Source: the human T2T-CHM13v2.0 reference genome, Homo sapiens
Assembly: GCF_009914755.1 (NCBI RefSeq)
Contig: NC_060935.1
DNA length: 64,000 nt
Reading direction: 5' to 3' (one strand)
A model generated the notes under the pieces. It ran no database searches and was not told where the DNA came from. It saw nothing but the letters and a program-made list of their open reading frames with translations. Shown here in pieces: positions 28,071 through 46,317 of the stretch. The translations under genes and the position numbers were made by a program. Position 1 is the first letter of the stretch, and each line of letters opens with the position of its first letter.

Positions 28071-29622
28071 AAAAGTATCTTGTAGCAATGTTTAAACTCT
28101 GTTTACTGCTCAAAGGAAGTTCTTATTACATCAGTTTGTGGCCAACAACAAATCCCTTGCATATAACTAAGAAATCATAATATGCAGAACTATAAGTTCT
28201 CAGTGGCTGTGCAATCCACCTAGACCCCATGATCTGCTCCCTTCAATTGCACCAGGCAATTCAGATGCCACCCTTGTAGTCAGGACTCCTACTACATCTT
28301 AGAGTGGAATGTTCCATGGCGCAATGATCCTTTCCACACTCAAATTGTCCATAGTTTCTTGATACGTATACGTGAAGAGGGAGCATGTTGTTGTTCAGCA
28401 TAGAAGGAGTCTGGACATGGATATTATATAGAGACTGTCATGATCCTTAAAAATGTTTTGGCAACGTTGCCTCTTCTCTTGCCTAGCAGATAAACTACTG
28501 GTAGTTTCTGTTACTGTTATCAAGTCCTCCTTCTTAGTTTTTTTCCCCCCCTTCAGATTAATTAAGCCTTTTGCATGCAGTCCTCTGCAGAAATAAGTAT
28601 TACTATTTCATACGTTAGTATATTTACAAGCAAGTGTGTGAATAATATAGATTATCAATGCTGAAGAAGATCAGGGTAAGAGGAGAATATGGCTAATACA
28701 AGATTATTACTACTTAATTATCAGTATAGAAGATTAGAAATTTGCTTAGAAAATAATTTTGAATTTAGCTGGGAGGAAAGAAAAGACATTATAACGACAC
28801 TTTAAATGAGAAATGAATGAATAAAGGTCGGGTTGAGAATAAATAAGTGAATTGGATTTTAAGAGTGAGATTCTCAACTTAGCAAAGCACTCAAAAGGGC
28901 AAGTAAGCTTGAACCAACACAACAGATGGGAGATCAGAGTGTAGTCCAAGAGAGTTTATTACAAGGATTAGCTCTAAAATCTAATGGACAATATTAAAAT
29001 TTTAAGAACAGTTTGCATTTCCATTTCACAGTATGTTTACTTTTGTTATAAAAATACTTCAAAGTGTTTAATCCTTACCTTCAAATCTAGAGTAAAATTA
29101 CGCTTTATAAAATTGTGTGGTTTTTTGTTTGTTTGATGTTATGACATAGAGGAACACACTGTGCCACACTGTCAATAAATGAGTTTTAAAAGTGCAACTT
29201 CAAGGAAAATGTGTTAAGATCACAGTGGGAGAAAATGAGAGAGAATCCTTGGTAAATCAGGTGGGCTTAATTTATAGATAACTTTGTAGATCAGGAAGGG
29301 AAAGGGAAGCTGCTGGAAACACACGTGGCATCTTAGGAAATTTGAACACACAATGTTTCATGTTCCCATAAAAATATTAGTAGATGCTAATTGATCATGT
29401 TGTCTTTGTATTTACTCCTGCAAATTCCAAATTTAGTCTTAGTTCTGGCAGAATTGTGTCTGCTTGATAGGATATTTTAGTTTATACCACATTTAAGAAT
29501 CAAATAGCACACACACATTCAGAAAATGTGAAATATTCAAGAGTAAAATAAATTGTTAACTGCCTGAAACATGAGCTGTGTCCTTTCATTGTTGCAGTCC
29601 CCACACAAGGTTTTAGATATAT

Positions 29623-29660
29623 GTATTGCTCAACTCAACAGGTATTGCTCAACTCAACAG
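29623..29660 (+). repeat. Perfect 19-bp tandem duplication
   Basis: GTATTGCTCAACTCAACAG x2. Confidence 0.95.
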
Positions 29661-30094
29661 TGGAGTAACAGATGGCACTTATATTTTGTGAAATGACTTA
29701 TTTTCATGTTTCTTGGCATATGTGACTCAATGCATTATTTAAGGTGGAATTGTAATATTTGTACCTTAATAATAACTTCTTAAGAATGAGAAGTGGCCAA
29801 GCTCCTCTCATACTAAGTGATATATTGAAGTTAGCATCTTCATGAATGTCTTCTTAACCCCTTATCTTGTAGCTACTATACCATTTATTTTTGCATTGCC
29901 TTGTATTTTAGTGAATATATGCACATGCTTACCCTCTCCTGACCCTATTTGCAAGTTCTTGTAATCTTACTGAGTTGGAACGCTGACCATAGCTCCTACA
30001 CCCAGCAGGTACTCAATGAACAATTATGGGTTTCAATTCGATCAACATACTTTAAGCATTCAAGAACGTTCCATGTCTGTAAGCAAGTGTTTGA

Positions 30095-32347
<2,253 letters not shown>

Positions 32348-32513
32348 GTATGAAATACCTAGCTGTTTTTGTGTGGTCCTGACTACTTTAAAAGCTGTGT
32401 GCCTTGATACTCTAGTCACTACTCAAATGTATGTACACATAGTATTTTGCAGATGATTTCAGAAGATGAACAAAATCCCTGAAAGTCATCAGTCAACCCA
32501 GGTTCAGAACTTT

Positions 32514-33880
<1,367 letters not shown>

Positions 33881-35248
33881 TTATACCAAAACCTAGCAGA
33901 GACCCAACAAAGAAAATTTCAGGCTGATATTCCTGATGAACATCGACGCAAATATCCTCAATAAAATCACTAGCAAACTGAATCTAGCAGCACATTGAAA
34001 AGCTTATCCACCACCACCTTATCAAGTCGACTTCACCCCTGGGTTACAAGACTGGTTCAACATATACAAATCAATAAACATAATCTATCATAAACATAAA
34101 CAGAACCAATGACAGAAACCGCCTGATTTTCTCAATAGATGTAGAAAAAGCCTTTGATAAAATTCAGCACCCCTTCATGCTAAAAACTCTAAATAAAGTA
34201 GGTATTGATGGGACATATCTCAAAATAATAAGAGCTATTTATGACAAACTCACAGCCAATATTATACTGAATGGGCAAAAGCTGGAGGCATTCCCTTTGA
34301 AAGCCGGCACAAGACAAGGATGCTGTCTCTCACCACTCCTATTCAGCACTGTATTGGAAGTTTTGGCAAGGGCAATCAGGCAAGAGAAAGAAATAAAGGG
34401 CATTGAAATAGGAAGAGAGGAAGTCAAATTGTGTCTGTTTGCAGATCACATGATTGTATCTTTAGAAAACCCCGTCGTCTCAGCCCCAAATCTCCTTAAG
34501 CTGATAAGCAACTTCAGCAAAGTCTCACGATACAAAATCAATGTGCAAAAATCAAAAGAATTCCTATACACCAATAATAGACAAACAGGGAGCCTAATCA
34601 TTAGTGAACTCCCATTCACAACTGCTACAAAGAGAATAAAATACCTAGGAATCCAACTTACAAGGGATGTGAAGGACCTCTTCAAGGAGAACTACAAACC
34701 GCTGCTCAAGGAAATTGGAGGACACAAACAAATGGAAAAACATTCCATGCCCATGGATAGGAAGAATCAATATCGCAAAAATGGCCACACCCCCCAAAGT
34801 AATTTATAGATTCAATGCTATTCCCATCAAGCTACCATGTACTTTCTTCACAGAATTAGAAAAAAACTACTTTAAATTTCATATGGAACCAAGAAAGAGC
34901 CCATATAGCCAAGACAATCCTAAGCAAAAAGAACAAAGCTGGAGGCATTAAGCTACCTGACTTCAAACTATACTACAAAGCTGCATTAATGGAAACAGCA
35001 TGGTACTGGTACCAAAACAGACATATAGACCAATGGAACAGAACAGAGACCTCAGAAATAACACTACACATCTACAACCATCTGATCTTTGACAAACCTG
35101 ACAAAAACAAGAAATGGAGAAAGGATTCCCTATTTAGTAAATGATGTTGGGAAACTGGCTAGCCATATGCAGAAAACTGAAACTGGACCCCTTCCTTACA
35201 CGTTATACAAAAATTAACTGAAGATGGATTAGAGATTTAAACGTAAGA
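33881..35248 (+). mobile_element. Inverted 5' segment of the same L1PA7-like insertion (ORF2 RT region)
   Basis: ORF 34177-34809 is L1 RT (QGCCLSP, FADH); ends at ACGTAAGA, just upstream in consensus of where the minus segment starts; TSD AGAACTTT at 32506-32513 and 35246-35253. Confidence 0.9.
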
Positions 35249-35456
35249 ACTTTCATTCAGTTTACCTCAGAATGCCAAAAAAGTTAAGAGAATCGATACG
35301 CTATTTGCTAGACAAATTCTTATTTAGATAACTTCTTAGAAACATTTAGATGTAACAAAATGAGTTTTCTGATTCGGTGATTATTGGCAAGTATGTTCGG
35401 ATATGAATTTTAAATGTATGGAATGATAGTTTTTCATTTGCTTCTGAAACTACATG

Positions 35457-35525
35457 TTTTTTTTTGTTTTTTATTTATTTATTTATTATTATTATTATAC
35501 TTTAAGTTTTAGGGTACATGTGCAC
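35457..35525 (-). mobile_element. Minimal L1PA insertion (about 35 bp of 3'UTR plus tail)
   Basis: T-rich tail then TTATTATACTTTAAGTTTTAGGGTACATGTGCAC; TSD CTACATGTTTT / CTGCACGTTTT. Confidence 0.88.
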
Positions 35526-36439
35526 CTGCACGTTTTGGCTTTAAGAGGATGATCATCTTAACCAGGGAAGAAATACAGAAGAAAAATGAGTAGAGTGAAG
35601 AATGTATGTAAATGCACTTTAGAAAGAGGAGAGAATGTGTTATATTTAACAAAAAACAGTATTTTTAAATTATCATTTAAGAGACAGTGATCATGAAATT
35701 AGGACCTGTTCAACTCTTAACATAAATGTTATATATTTTCCATATTAAAAATCTTTATTTAAAATATTTTTTAAAACATTACTTATAAGGTATAATATTA
35801 AACTTATATTTTTAGCAGTGAGAATGTATTTGAGGTTTTGTCTTCAAGCTTTAGTTGCAAAGAGAAAAGTAGTTTTTACCAGAAAAAAAAAAATGGCCAA
35901 GGAATGATTCAACATCCTATAGTGGCACGAAGCCAACTCTTCTAATCAATAAGTTGTCATTGCCAGTAAGCTGAAGAAGAAAAGAACAGAAATGGTTTAC
36001 AATTGGATATTTCCAATTATTTCAAAGAAGAAAAATATGTTACCAGATATGAGTCAAGATGACATAAAGTACATGATTTGTCTCTATTAACTTTGACCAG
36101 AACCAGAAAAAAATATATCAGACATGTGCTATACATATAATTAAGCCATTAATACACAACTTAAAATCTCTCGTGACCTCATTCTATAAGGCTTAAATTC
36201 CTGAAAAATTTCTCCTTATACCATTGCCAAAACATGTAGCTAACCAGACCATATACGGATCTGATTCCAATCACTGTTTATCTCATTTTAATGTGGTTTC
36301 TTTAATTATAATGCCATTATAATTTCAGGTCAATTAAGAATGGTGTGTAAATCATACAGCATTTACTAAAATCCTAACATGACTTGATTAAACTTTCTTT
36401 GTGTTCTTGGCACCCCTCACATTCATGATCAAAAGAATA

Positions 36440-36630
36440 CAAAATCTCCCATGGCTTTGCTTCGTTCTATTTTCAGGTGATCTCTTCCAGTTTGTACACT
36501 TTTTCTGTATCTTCCTCATATAGAAAGTTTTTACGATTTTCCGTGATGTTACCTATTTTTAGTTTCTTAACTTCAACATCTTCCTCTCTGAATTCCTCCA
36601 TTAATGAATACTGTCTATTCCTCAAGTTTA
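36440..36630 (+). mobile_element. Degraded L2 fragment
   Basis: AGGTGATCTCTTCCAG..CTCTCTGAATTCC..ACTGTCTATTC resembles L2 ORF2-derived sequence. Confidence 0.45.
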
Positions 36631-37599
36631 ATTGCCTCTTATTATCATGAATAAGTTTCCTTGTTAATAACATATAGGCTGTGGAGGGCATTTCAAAAAA
36701 TTGAAGTTAAAAACTGTCTTGGGCAATAAAAGCCAGTAGCTCTTAGAGGTGAACACGCTCAAAGACAGGACTTATTTCGGTATATAAATTTTTGTATACC
36801 TATAGAAACATCTCATTAATTTATTGTGTAGCTCATAAACACATTATTTTTATGTCATTCCCTTTTGTAATGAGAAATGATGAAAAATAGATTTTAGATT
36901 TCTGTTTTGTTCAGCAATACTTGTTCAGTACTGACCCCATACAAGTCACAGTGATAGGCCTTCTAGAAGTTGATGCAACTTTTTACATTATTGCAGCAGA
37001 TAACAACTTTATTATATATGCAGAGTGTGCTAAAGATGCCTGTAAGGAAACACATATGATAACCATCACTAGGAAATGTACCTATTAAAATTTTTACTCC
37101 ATCACCTCTTGGCCAGATTAAATTTCTCCTCACTAGAGATAGTAAAAAACTTAGTTGTATCGTGTGTATATTTTCATTGTTCAATTCTGAAAAAATCTAT
37201 TTTATATACGGGGAATGCTTTTTATTAAGGGGGCTCAATTTCAGATTTCATCAGCACAGCTCTTTCAACAGTCTGTGTTAGCTGACTTTCTGAAAAAACG
37301 TTTCCAATAAGAGCCTCTCAAAATCTAGTAGCTTAATATTTTATTTCTAAACCTTTTATTAAAATTATATTGTAAAAATCTAACATCTCCCCAAAACCGT
37401 GCTCATTAACTCTGGGAATCTCTACTGTTCTAAGAAACAAACAAAAAAAAATTATAAGAAATAGTCCTATGTTACTTTGAAGAATCAGTAGTTGCATATC
37501 AAACTGATTTTATTTTAAAGCTGTTGTAGCAATATTAGATATAAAAACAATACAAATTATGATTATGAAACAATTTGTAGACTTCCCATTTTGTACCAG

Positions 37600-37755
37600 A
37601 CAATGTACTCAAAAATTCATACATATTTTCTCAATATTCAGAACAGCCACAGTGAAGTAGTTACTATTATCCTGATTTTACAGATTAGAGAGATTAAGTA
37701 ACTTCTCTAATGTAAGACAGATAATGAACAACAGAACTGGGGTTTAAACTTGAGG
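37600..37755 (-). mobile_element. MIR SINE
   Basis: GTGAAGTAGTTACTATTATCCTGATTTTACAGAT..GAGATTAAGTAACTT..CAGAACTGGGGTTTAAAC. Confidence 0.75.
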
Positions 37756-40700
37756 AAAATAAGTTTTAAGAAATCAGAAATTAAGTCTTTGGAGATAATT
37801 TTTCATGTTATAATGGAAATTATAAATGGAATAAACTGCAATAAACTATCATGGAATAAACTGACAAAATATTGCATACCTTACTGTAGATGTAATGGGC
37901 AATTGAATAATTATCACTTAGCTTCCTTTGCTTCCATCAGCTGTATAGGATTCCTTCCAGGTTTGATATAATTCTTAAAACATTGCTTCCTGTTATTGTA
38001 TTTTAGAATATGTTCTTTCACTGTTTGAAATACTACATCATTTTAAGTTTTTCTCTCTTAAATCTTGTCTTCCACCCATGAAGTTATCTCCTTAACCAAA
38101 ATAGAACATGATTCCTTGATTGAGATGAGAAAATTTTTTATTTCATTTTTGTTTAGATTCATGGGATATATGCGCAGGTTTGTTACATGGTTATATTGCG
38201 TGATGCTGAGGTTTATGGTACAATTGATCCCATCATCCAGGTAGTGGGCATACTACCCAATAGCTAGTTTTTCAACTCTTTCTCTATCTCCCTGCTTCTC
38301 TCCTTTAGTAATCTGAAGTGTCTTTTGTTGCCATCTTTATGTCCTTGAGTACCCAGTGTTTAGCTCCCACTTATAAGTAAGAAAATGCAGTTTTTGGTTT
38401 TCTGTTGCTGTGTTAATTCACTTAAGATAATGGCCTCCAGCTGGATCTGTGTTTCTGCAAAACTGAATAATTTGAAAGACATGATTTCATTATTTTCTAT
38501 GGCTGCATAGTATTCTATGGTGTACATGTGCCACATTTTCTTTTTTAAAATTTTTATTTTAGGTTCAGGGGTACATGTGCAGGTTTGTTGTAGAAGTAAA
38601 TTGTGTTTCATAGGAGTTTGGTTTACAGATTATTCCTCCACCCAGGTAATAAGCATAGTAATAGGTAATTTTTGATCCTCACCCTTCTCTCTCCTTCCAC
38701 CTCAAGTAGACCTTAGTGTCTTTTGCTCCCTTCTTTGTGTCCAGATGTACTCAATGTTTAGCTCCTACTTGTAAGACCATGCTGTATTTGGTTTTCTGTT
38801 CCAGCATTAGTTGGCTTAGGATAATGGCCTCCAGCTCCATCCACATTGCTACAAAAGACATAGTAACATACTTTTTTATTGCAGCTTAGTGTTCTATAGC
38901 GTGTGTGTATCACATTTTCTTTACCCAGTCTACCATTCATGGGAATTTAGGTTGACTCCGTGTCTTTAATATTGTGAATATTGCTATGATGAATATACAC
39001 ATGCATGTGTTTTTATGGTAGAATGATTTAGATTCCCTGGAGTATATACCCAATAATGGGATTTCTAGGTCACATGGTAATTCTGCTTTGAGTTCTCTGA
39101 GAAATTGTCAAACAAGTTTTCACAATGCTGAACTAAGTTACATTCCCACTAGCAACATATAAGCCATCCCTTTTTCTGCAACCTCGCCAGCATGTTATTT
39201 TTTTGACATTTTATTAATTGCCATTTTGACTGTTGTCTTATTCTGCTTTTGATTTGCATTTCTCTAATGACTAGTAATATTGAACAGTTTAATATCCTTT
39301 TTGGCCACATATATGTCTTCTTTTGAAAAGTGTCTGTTTATGACCTTTGCCCACCTTTTAATGGGGTTGTTACTGCTTATTACTTTTTCAGTTTCTTATA
39401 GATTATTAGACCTTAGTCAGATGCATAGTTTGCAAATATTTTCTCCCATTCTCTGTGTTGTTTACTTTGTTGATAGTTTTTTTTTTTCCTGTGTAGAAGC
39501 TTAAGTTTAAGTAGATCTCATTTATAAATTTTTGCTTTTGTTGCAATTGATTTTGGGGGTCTTAGTCATGAACTCTTTCTCCATTCTTATGTTCAGCATG
39601 GTATTTCCTAGGTTATCTTCCAGGGTTTTAATAATTTTAGGTTTTGCATTTAAATCTTTGACCCATCTTGAGTTGCTTCTTGTATATTTTATAAGAAAGG
39701 GGTCCAGTTTTGACCTTCTGCATATGGCTAGCAGGTTATTCCAACATCATTTATTGAATAGGGAGACTTTCCCCGTCACTTATTTTTGTCTACTGTGTCA
39801 AAGAGCAGATGGTTGCAGGTGCATGGCATTATTTTTGGTCTCTCTATTTTCTTCTATTCATCTATGTGTGTGTATTTATAACAGTAGCATGCTGTTTTGA
39901 AGTTGGGTCACGTGATGCCTCCAGGTTTGTCCTCTTTACTTAGGATTGCCTTGGCTATTCAAGCTCTTTTTAGGTTTTATAAGAATTTTTAAATAGTGTT
40001 TTTGAATTCTGAGAAGAATGTAATTGAAAGTTTGATACAGACAGCAGTGAATCTGTAGATTGCTTTGGGCAGTTTGGCATTTTTAACAATCTTGATTATT
40101 CCTATAAGAGTGGAATATTTTTCTATTTGTCTTTTCTGATTTCTTAGAGCAGTGTTTTGTAGTTGCATTTTAGAGATCTTTCACCTCCCTGGTTAGCTGT
40201 ATTCCTAGGTATTTTATTCCTTTTGTGGTCATAGTAAATGGATTTTTGCTCTTGTTTTGGCTCTCAGATTGGATCTTGTTGATGTATAGGAATGTTACTG
40301 ATTTTTGAACATTTAATTTGTATCCTGAAACTTTGCTAACATTGTTTGTCAAAGGCTTTTGGTGGGGTCTTTAGGGCTTTATAGGTATAGAATCATTTTA
40401 TCAGTGAAGATAGCTAGTTTTGACAACTTTTCCTGTCAGGATGCGTTTTTTATTTTTTTCTCTTGCCTGTTTGCTTTGGCCAGGATCTCCAATACTATGT
40501 TTAATAGGAATGGTGAAAATGGTCACTCTTTCCTTGTTCCAGTTCTCAAGGGGCATGCTTTCAATGTTTGCCTATTCAGTATGATGTTGACTGTGGGTTT
40601 GTCAGAGATGACTTATTATTTTGAAGTATGTTTCTTCAATGCCTAATTTCTTGAGAGTTTTTAATAGGAAGGGATGTTGAAATTTATCAAAAGCCTTTTC

Positions 40701-40900
40701 TGTATCTATTGAGATCAAATGGTTTTTGTTTTTAGTTCCTTTTTTGAGATGAATAATTTATTGATTTGCATATGTTGAACCCACCTTACTTGACTGTGGT
40801 GGGCTAGGTTTTTGATGTGCTGCTGGATATGGATATGGTTTGCTAGTATTTTGTTGAGAATTTTTGAATCTATGATTATTGAGGATATTGGCCTGAAGAG

Positions 40901-40902
<2 letters not shown>

Positions 40903-40949
<47 letters not shown>

Positions 40950-40975
40950 TGTCTGTCTGTCTGTCTGTCTGTCTG
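40903..40975 (+). repeat. Compound microsatellite (TG)n(TCTG)n
   Basis: About 23 GT units followed by about 7 TCTG units. Confidence 0.97.
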
Positions 40976-41421
40976 CAAGGTTTTGGTATTAAGATGATGC
41001 TGGCCTCATGGAATGAGGTAGGAGGGAGTCCCTACAACTCAACCTTTTGGAGTAGTTTCATTGGAATGGTAGCAGCTCAGCAGCTCCTCTTTATACATCT
41101 GGCAGAATTAAGCTGTGAATCTGCCTGGTCCTGGGCATTCTCTGGTTGGTAGGCTTTTCTTACTGTTTCAAATGCAGAACTCTTTATTGTTCTGTTCAGG
41201 GATTCACTGTCTTCCTGATTCAGTCTTGGGTGGTTGTATGTTTCCAGGAACTTATCTGTTTCTTTTAGGTTTTGTAGCTTGTGTGCATGCAGGTGTTCAT
41301 AGTAGTCTCTGAGAGTTTTTTGTATTTCTGTGAAGTCAGTGGTAACATCCCCTTTGGGATATCTGATAGTGTTTATTTGGATCTTCCCTCTTTTATTTTT
41401 TTGCCTGTATTAGTCTACTAG

Positions 41422-41734
<313 letters not shown>

Positions 41735-44700
41735 CTATCTTCTTAATTTTTTAAAATAATCAGCTTCTGGGTTTATTAATCTTCTGTATGGTTTTTCACA
41801 TCTCAGTGTCCTTCATTTCAGCTCTGATTTTATTTCTTGTCTTCCGCTAGATTTGGGGGTGATTTGCTGTTGTACTTCTAGTTCCTCTAGTTGATAATTT
41901 GAGATCTTGCTAAATTTTTCAGGGATGTGTTTCATTTTTATAAGCTTCCCTCTTAACACTGCTTTGTATGTGTCCCAGAGATTATTGTATGCTATATTTT
42001 GTTTTTCATTACTTTCAAAAAATTCCTTGATTTCTGTCTTAATTTCATCATTTGCCCAGAAGTCGCTCAGGAGCAGCTGCTTAATTTTCATGTAATTTGA
42101 TTGTTTGCATGATTCTCTTAGTATTGATTTCTATTTTTATTTAGCTGTGGTATAAGAGTGTGGTTGATTTCAATTTATAAAAAAATAATTTAGGATTGTT
42201 TATGAATTATTTTTGGTCCATTTTGGAGTGTGTGGCATGTGCACATGAGAAGAATACATAATCTATTGTTTTTGTATGGAGAGTTCTGTAGATGCCTATT
42301 AGTTCCATTAACTCAAGTGTTGAGTTCAGCTCCTGAATATCTTTGTTAGTTTTCTGCCTCGATGATCTGTCTAATACAGTCAGTGGTGTGTTGTAGTCTT
42401 CCATTATTATTATGTGGTTATCTGCATCTCTCCATAGGTCTCTAAGAGCTTGCTTTTGAATCTGGGTGCTCCTGTGCTGGGTACATAGATATTTAGGATA
42501 GATAGGTCTTTTTGTTGAATTGAACCATTTACTGTAAGGTAATGTCCTTCTTTGTCTTTTTTTTTTTTTTTAATCTTCGTAGGCTTACAGCCTTTTTTGT
42601 CTGAAATTAGAATAGCAATCATTGCTTTTTTTTCTGTTTTCCATTTTCTTGGTAGATTTTCCTCCATCCCTTTACTGTGAAAGTATGGGTGTCACTGCAT
42701 GTGAGATGGGTCTTTTGAGACAGCATACTATTTGGTTTTCCTTGTTTATCCAACTTTCCATTCTGTGCCTTTTATTGGGGCATTTTGCCTGTTTACATTC
42801 ATGATTAGTATTGATATGTGTGGATTTAATCCTGTCATCGTGTTTGTTAGCTGGGTTATTTTGCAAACTTGTTTATGTGGTTGCTTTATAGTGTCACTGG
42901 TCTATATACTTAAGTGTGCTTTTGTTGTGGCTGTAATGGTCTTTCCTTTCCATATTTAGCACTCCTTCAGGATGTTTTGTAAGGCAGATCTTTTGGTAAC
43001 AAATTTCCTTAGCATTTACTTATCTGTAAAGAATCTTATTTTTCCTTTGTTTATGATGCTTAGTTTGGCTGGATATGAACTTCTTGGTTGGAAATTATTT
43101 TCTTTAACCATGCTGAATATAGGCTCCCTATGTTTTCTGGCTTGTATGGTTTCTGTGGAAAGGCCCACTGTTAGCCTGGTGGGACTCCCTTTGTAGATGA
43201 CCTATCCTTTCTTGCTAGCTCCACTTACCTTTTTTTCTTTCATTGAACTTTGGAGAATCTGATGACTATGTGTCTTTGAGATGGCTGTCCTGTATAATAT
43301 CTTGCAGGGGTTCTCTGCATTTCCTGAATTTGAATGTTAGCCTCTATTGCAAGGTTAAGGAAATTTTAATGGAGGATATCCTCAAATATGTTTTTCAAGT
43401 TACTTGCTTTCTCTGTCTCTTTTTAAGGGATGCCAGTGAATCATAGATTTGCTTTCTATACATAATCCCATATTTCATGGAGGTATTGTTCATTCTTCTT
43501 CATTCTTTTTTCTTTATTTTTGTCTGACTACATTCTGTTAGAGTTGGTTTTTGAGCTGAGAGATTCTGCCCTCAGTTTGATCAGTTCTGCTGTTAACACT
43601 TGTGATTGTATTATGATATATTTGAAGTGAGTTTTTCAGCTCTAGCAGATCAGTTTGATTCTTAAAATGGCATTTTTGTCTTTTGTCTTCTGTATCATTT
43701 TATTGTATTCCTTAGAGTTTTTGGATTGGGTTTTGACTTTCTCCTGAATCTCAGTGATCTTTATTCCTATCCATATTCTGAATTGTTTTTCTGTCATTTC
43801 AGCCATTTCAGCCTGATTAAGAATCATTTTCTGGGGAACTAGCATGATCATTTGGATATAAGGAGAACTCTGCCTTAGTGAGTTGCCAGATATGTTGTGC
43901 TGGTTGTTTCTTATCTATGTGAGCTAATGTTCTTTCAATCGCTGAAGCTGTTATCCTTTAGATCTTTTTTTTTTTTTTGTATTTATCTTCCTTGTGTTCT
44001 TTAAATCATAGACATTGTTACCCTTTGGATCTTTTTTTAAAAAAATTATCTTCTTTGGTGTCTTTGGGGCTTTGAGTGTGGTATTAGATGGATTCACTCA
44101 ACTGTCTTCATTTCTGGTAGATTTTATGGGGTCTCAGACTCGGCTCAGGACTCCTGGGCTGCATGTTGTAACCCTGAGAGCAGTTATGAGGTCACTGACT
44201 TAGTTATCTGATCCATTGAGGTTAGGAACTTGCAGTTCTAAGGTATTTTTGGACCACCGATCACAACACTCTGTTGAATGTGCCAGCCAAAGTGCTTCAT
44301 CAGGCAGTTTCAGTGGGATCTGTCCTCATTCCCACATGCCAGCAGCAATGCTAGAGGGTGGAGTGCATGTGCATTAGCTGGGGTGGGGCACTGGCAGGTG
44401 TGGGGTGTTGGCTTCTATACAGATGTTTGTAGCAGTGATGGTGGCAATGCAATGTGGGTGGGGGGCAGGGCCACTGGCATCTGTGCACTCAATCACACTG
44501 CTAGCAGTGTTGGCATGGGGACATGGTACTTGCAGGTACAGAGCTGGCAGTATTTGTGTGCACGTTCACTTCAGTAGCAATGGCAGTGCAGGGTTGGGGA
44601 CAGGTCTGCTGGAATCTCTGGGCACATTTGCACCAGCAATGGTGGCACAGTCAGGGAGTGGCAGGGTGTGCTCCAGCCGGCACTCATAGCGTGGTGGAGT

Positions 44701-45486
44701 GCATACACACATGTACATCCATTGGGGAGGGGAGGTGATGTCCACCTGTATGCATGTGTGCTGGCAAAGTGATAGGGGGGTAGCCATAGGCAAGTGTATG
44801 CTGGCAAAGTTGCACAGGGAAGGATATGGTGGGGGGTAAGTGCGAGTGACCTGGTGCACTTCACAAATGGCTGCTCTGCTGGAGCTGTCCGATGGTCAGG
44901 TGCAGTCTGCCAGCATATGAGCTATGATACGGGCCCCCAGAAGGCACTCTGGCTGGGCATCTGAGGCTGCACTGTAAGCAGGCACAGCCAGACTGAAACT
45001 CCAGGTGAGGCCAGCAGACAGGGGGCTGCTCTGGTAGAACTGGTCCTATCTCGGGGCAGGATCAATCTGCTCTTTTCAGGTCCACTAGCTCTCCTAGGGC
45101 TCAAGTCTCCTAGGGAAACCCAGCAAGGCTTGGAGGATGGACATCCCTGGCTGAGCTTCACTGCAGACACTCCTGTGCCAAATCCTCTGGGTGCTACACT
45201 GGCTGGGTTTTTTTCCCCTACTACATCTCTAAGCAGCTCTCCCTGACAACTCAAGTGTCTCTGGAGGTCGTGTGGTCTTCTGCTGCCAGGATTCCAGGGG
45301 TCAGTTGTGAGGGCAGGCTGCTCCTCACCTGCTCAATTCACTCCATCCCTAGGAGTCTTTGGGTGCCAGGAATGAGTCCCAGGGCACCCTAGCTTCATGC
45401 AGGATTCCCCATGTCCTCCCTCTTCTGCCTGACATCTGTGTCCTGGGCCCTTGGTGGCAGATATCCCTCCTGGCTACATCTAGTCA

Positions 45487-45495
45487 GCCATCTTG
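45487..45495 (-). promoter_or_regulatory. YY1-type site at the 5' end of the nested L1
   Basis: GCCATCTTG is the reverse complement of CAAGATGGC, the established L1 5' terminal YY1 motif. Confidence 0.6.
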
Positions 45496-46317
45496 ACACT
45501 GTATCACATTTCTTAATGCAATCCACCATCGATGTGCAGTTAAGTTGATTCCACGCCTTTGCTATTCTGTGTACTACTGTGATGAACATAGGAGTGCAGG
45601 CGTAATTTTTGTAAAATGATCTATTTTCCTTTGGATATGTATCCAGTAATGGGACTGATAGGTGGAATGGTAGTTCTGGTTTAAGTTATTTGAGAAATCT
45701 CCAAACTGTTTTTCACGTTGGCTGAGCAAATTTACATACCTGCCAATAGTGTATAAGTGTTCCCTTTACACTGCAGCCTTGCCAGCAAACTTTAAGAAGC
45801 CAAAAAACGTTAAGAAATCACTTTTTTGAATCTGTAATAACTGCCATTCTGACTTGTGTGAGATGGTGTTTCACTGTGGTTTTGATTAGCATTTCTATGA
45901 TGATGAATGATGTGAAGCATTTTTTCAGGCTTCTTGGCCACTTGTATGTCTTCTTTTGAGAAGTGTCTGTTCATGTCCTTTGCCCACTTTGTAATGGGCT
46001 TATTTGTTTTTTGCTTGTTAATCTGTTTTAAGTACTTAAAAATTTTAGATATTAGATCTTCATCAGGTGCATTTTTTTGTGAGTATTTTCTCCCATTCTG
46101 CAGGTTGTTTACTCTGCTGGTTTATTTTGCTGTGAAGAATCGCTTTAGTTTAATTAGGTCCCACTTGTCAATTTTTGTGTGTGTTGGAATAGGATTTTTT
46201 AAAGTTAAAACGAATGACTTTTATTATAATTTATTATTTTGTCATTAATTTGTGAAATTATAAATTGTACCACAATAAAATAAAATCATTTAAAAATATA
46301 GCCTCTGCCTGTTTATC

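Noticed and set aside
36473-36691. Glu/Lys-rich 72-aa ORF that looks like a coiled-coil exon
   Set aside because: Antisense of a pyrimidine-rich degraded L2 fragment
44100-45495. GC-rich region with several overlapping ORFs as a gene promoter or first exon
   Set aside because: It is the CpG-decayed 5'UTR of the nested L1, bounded by the ORF1 remnant and the terminal GCCATCTTG
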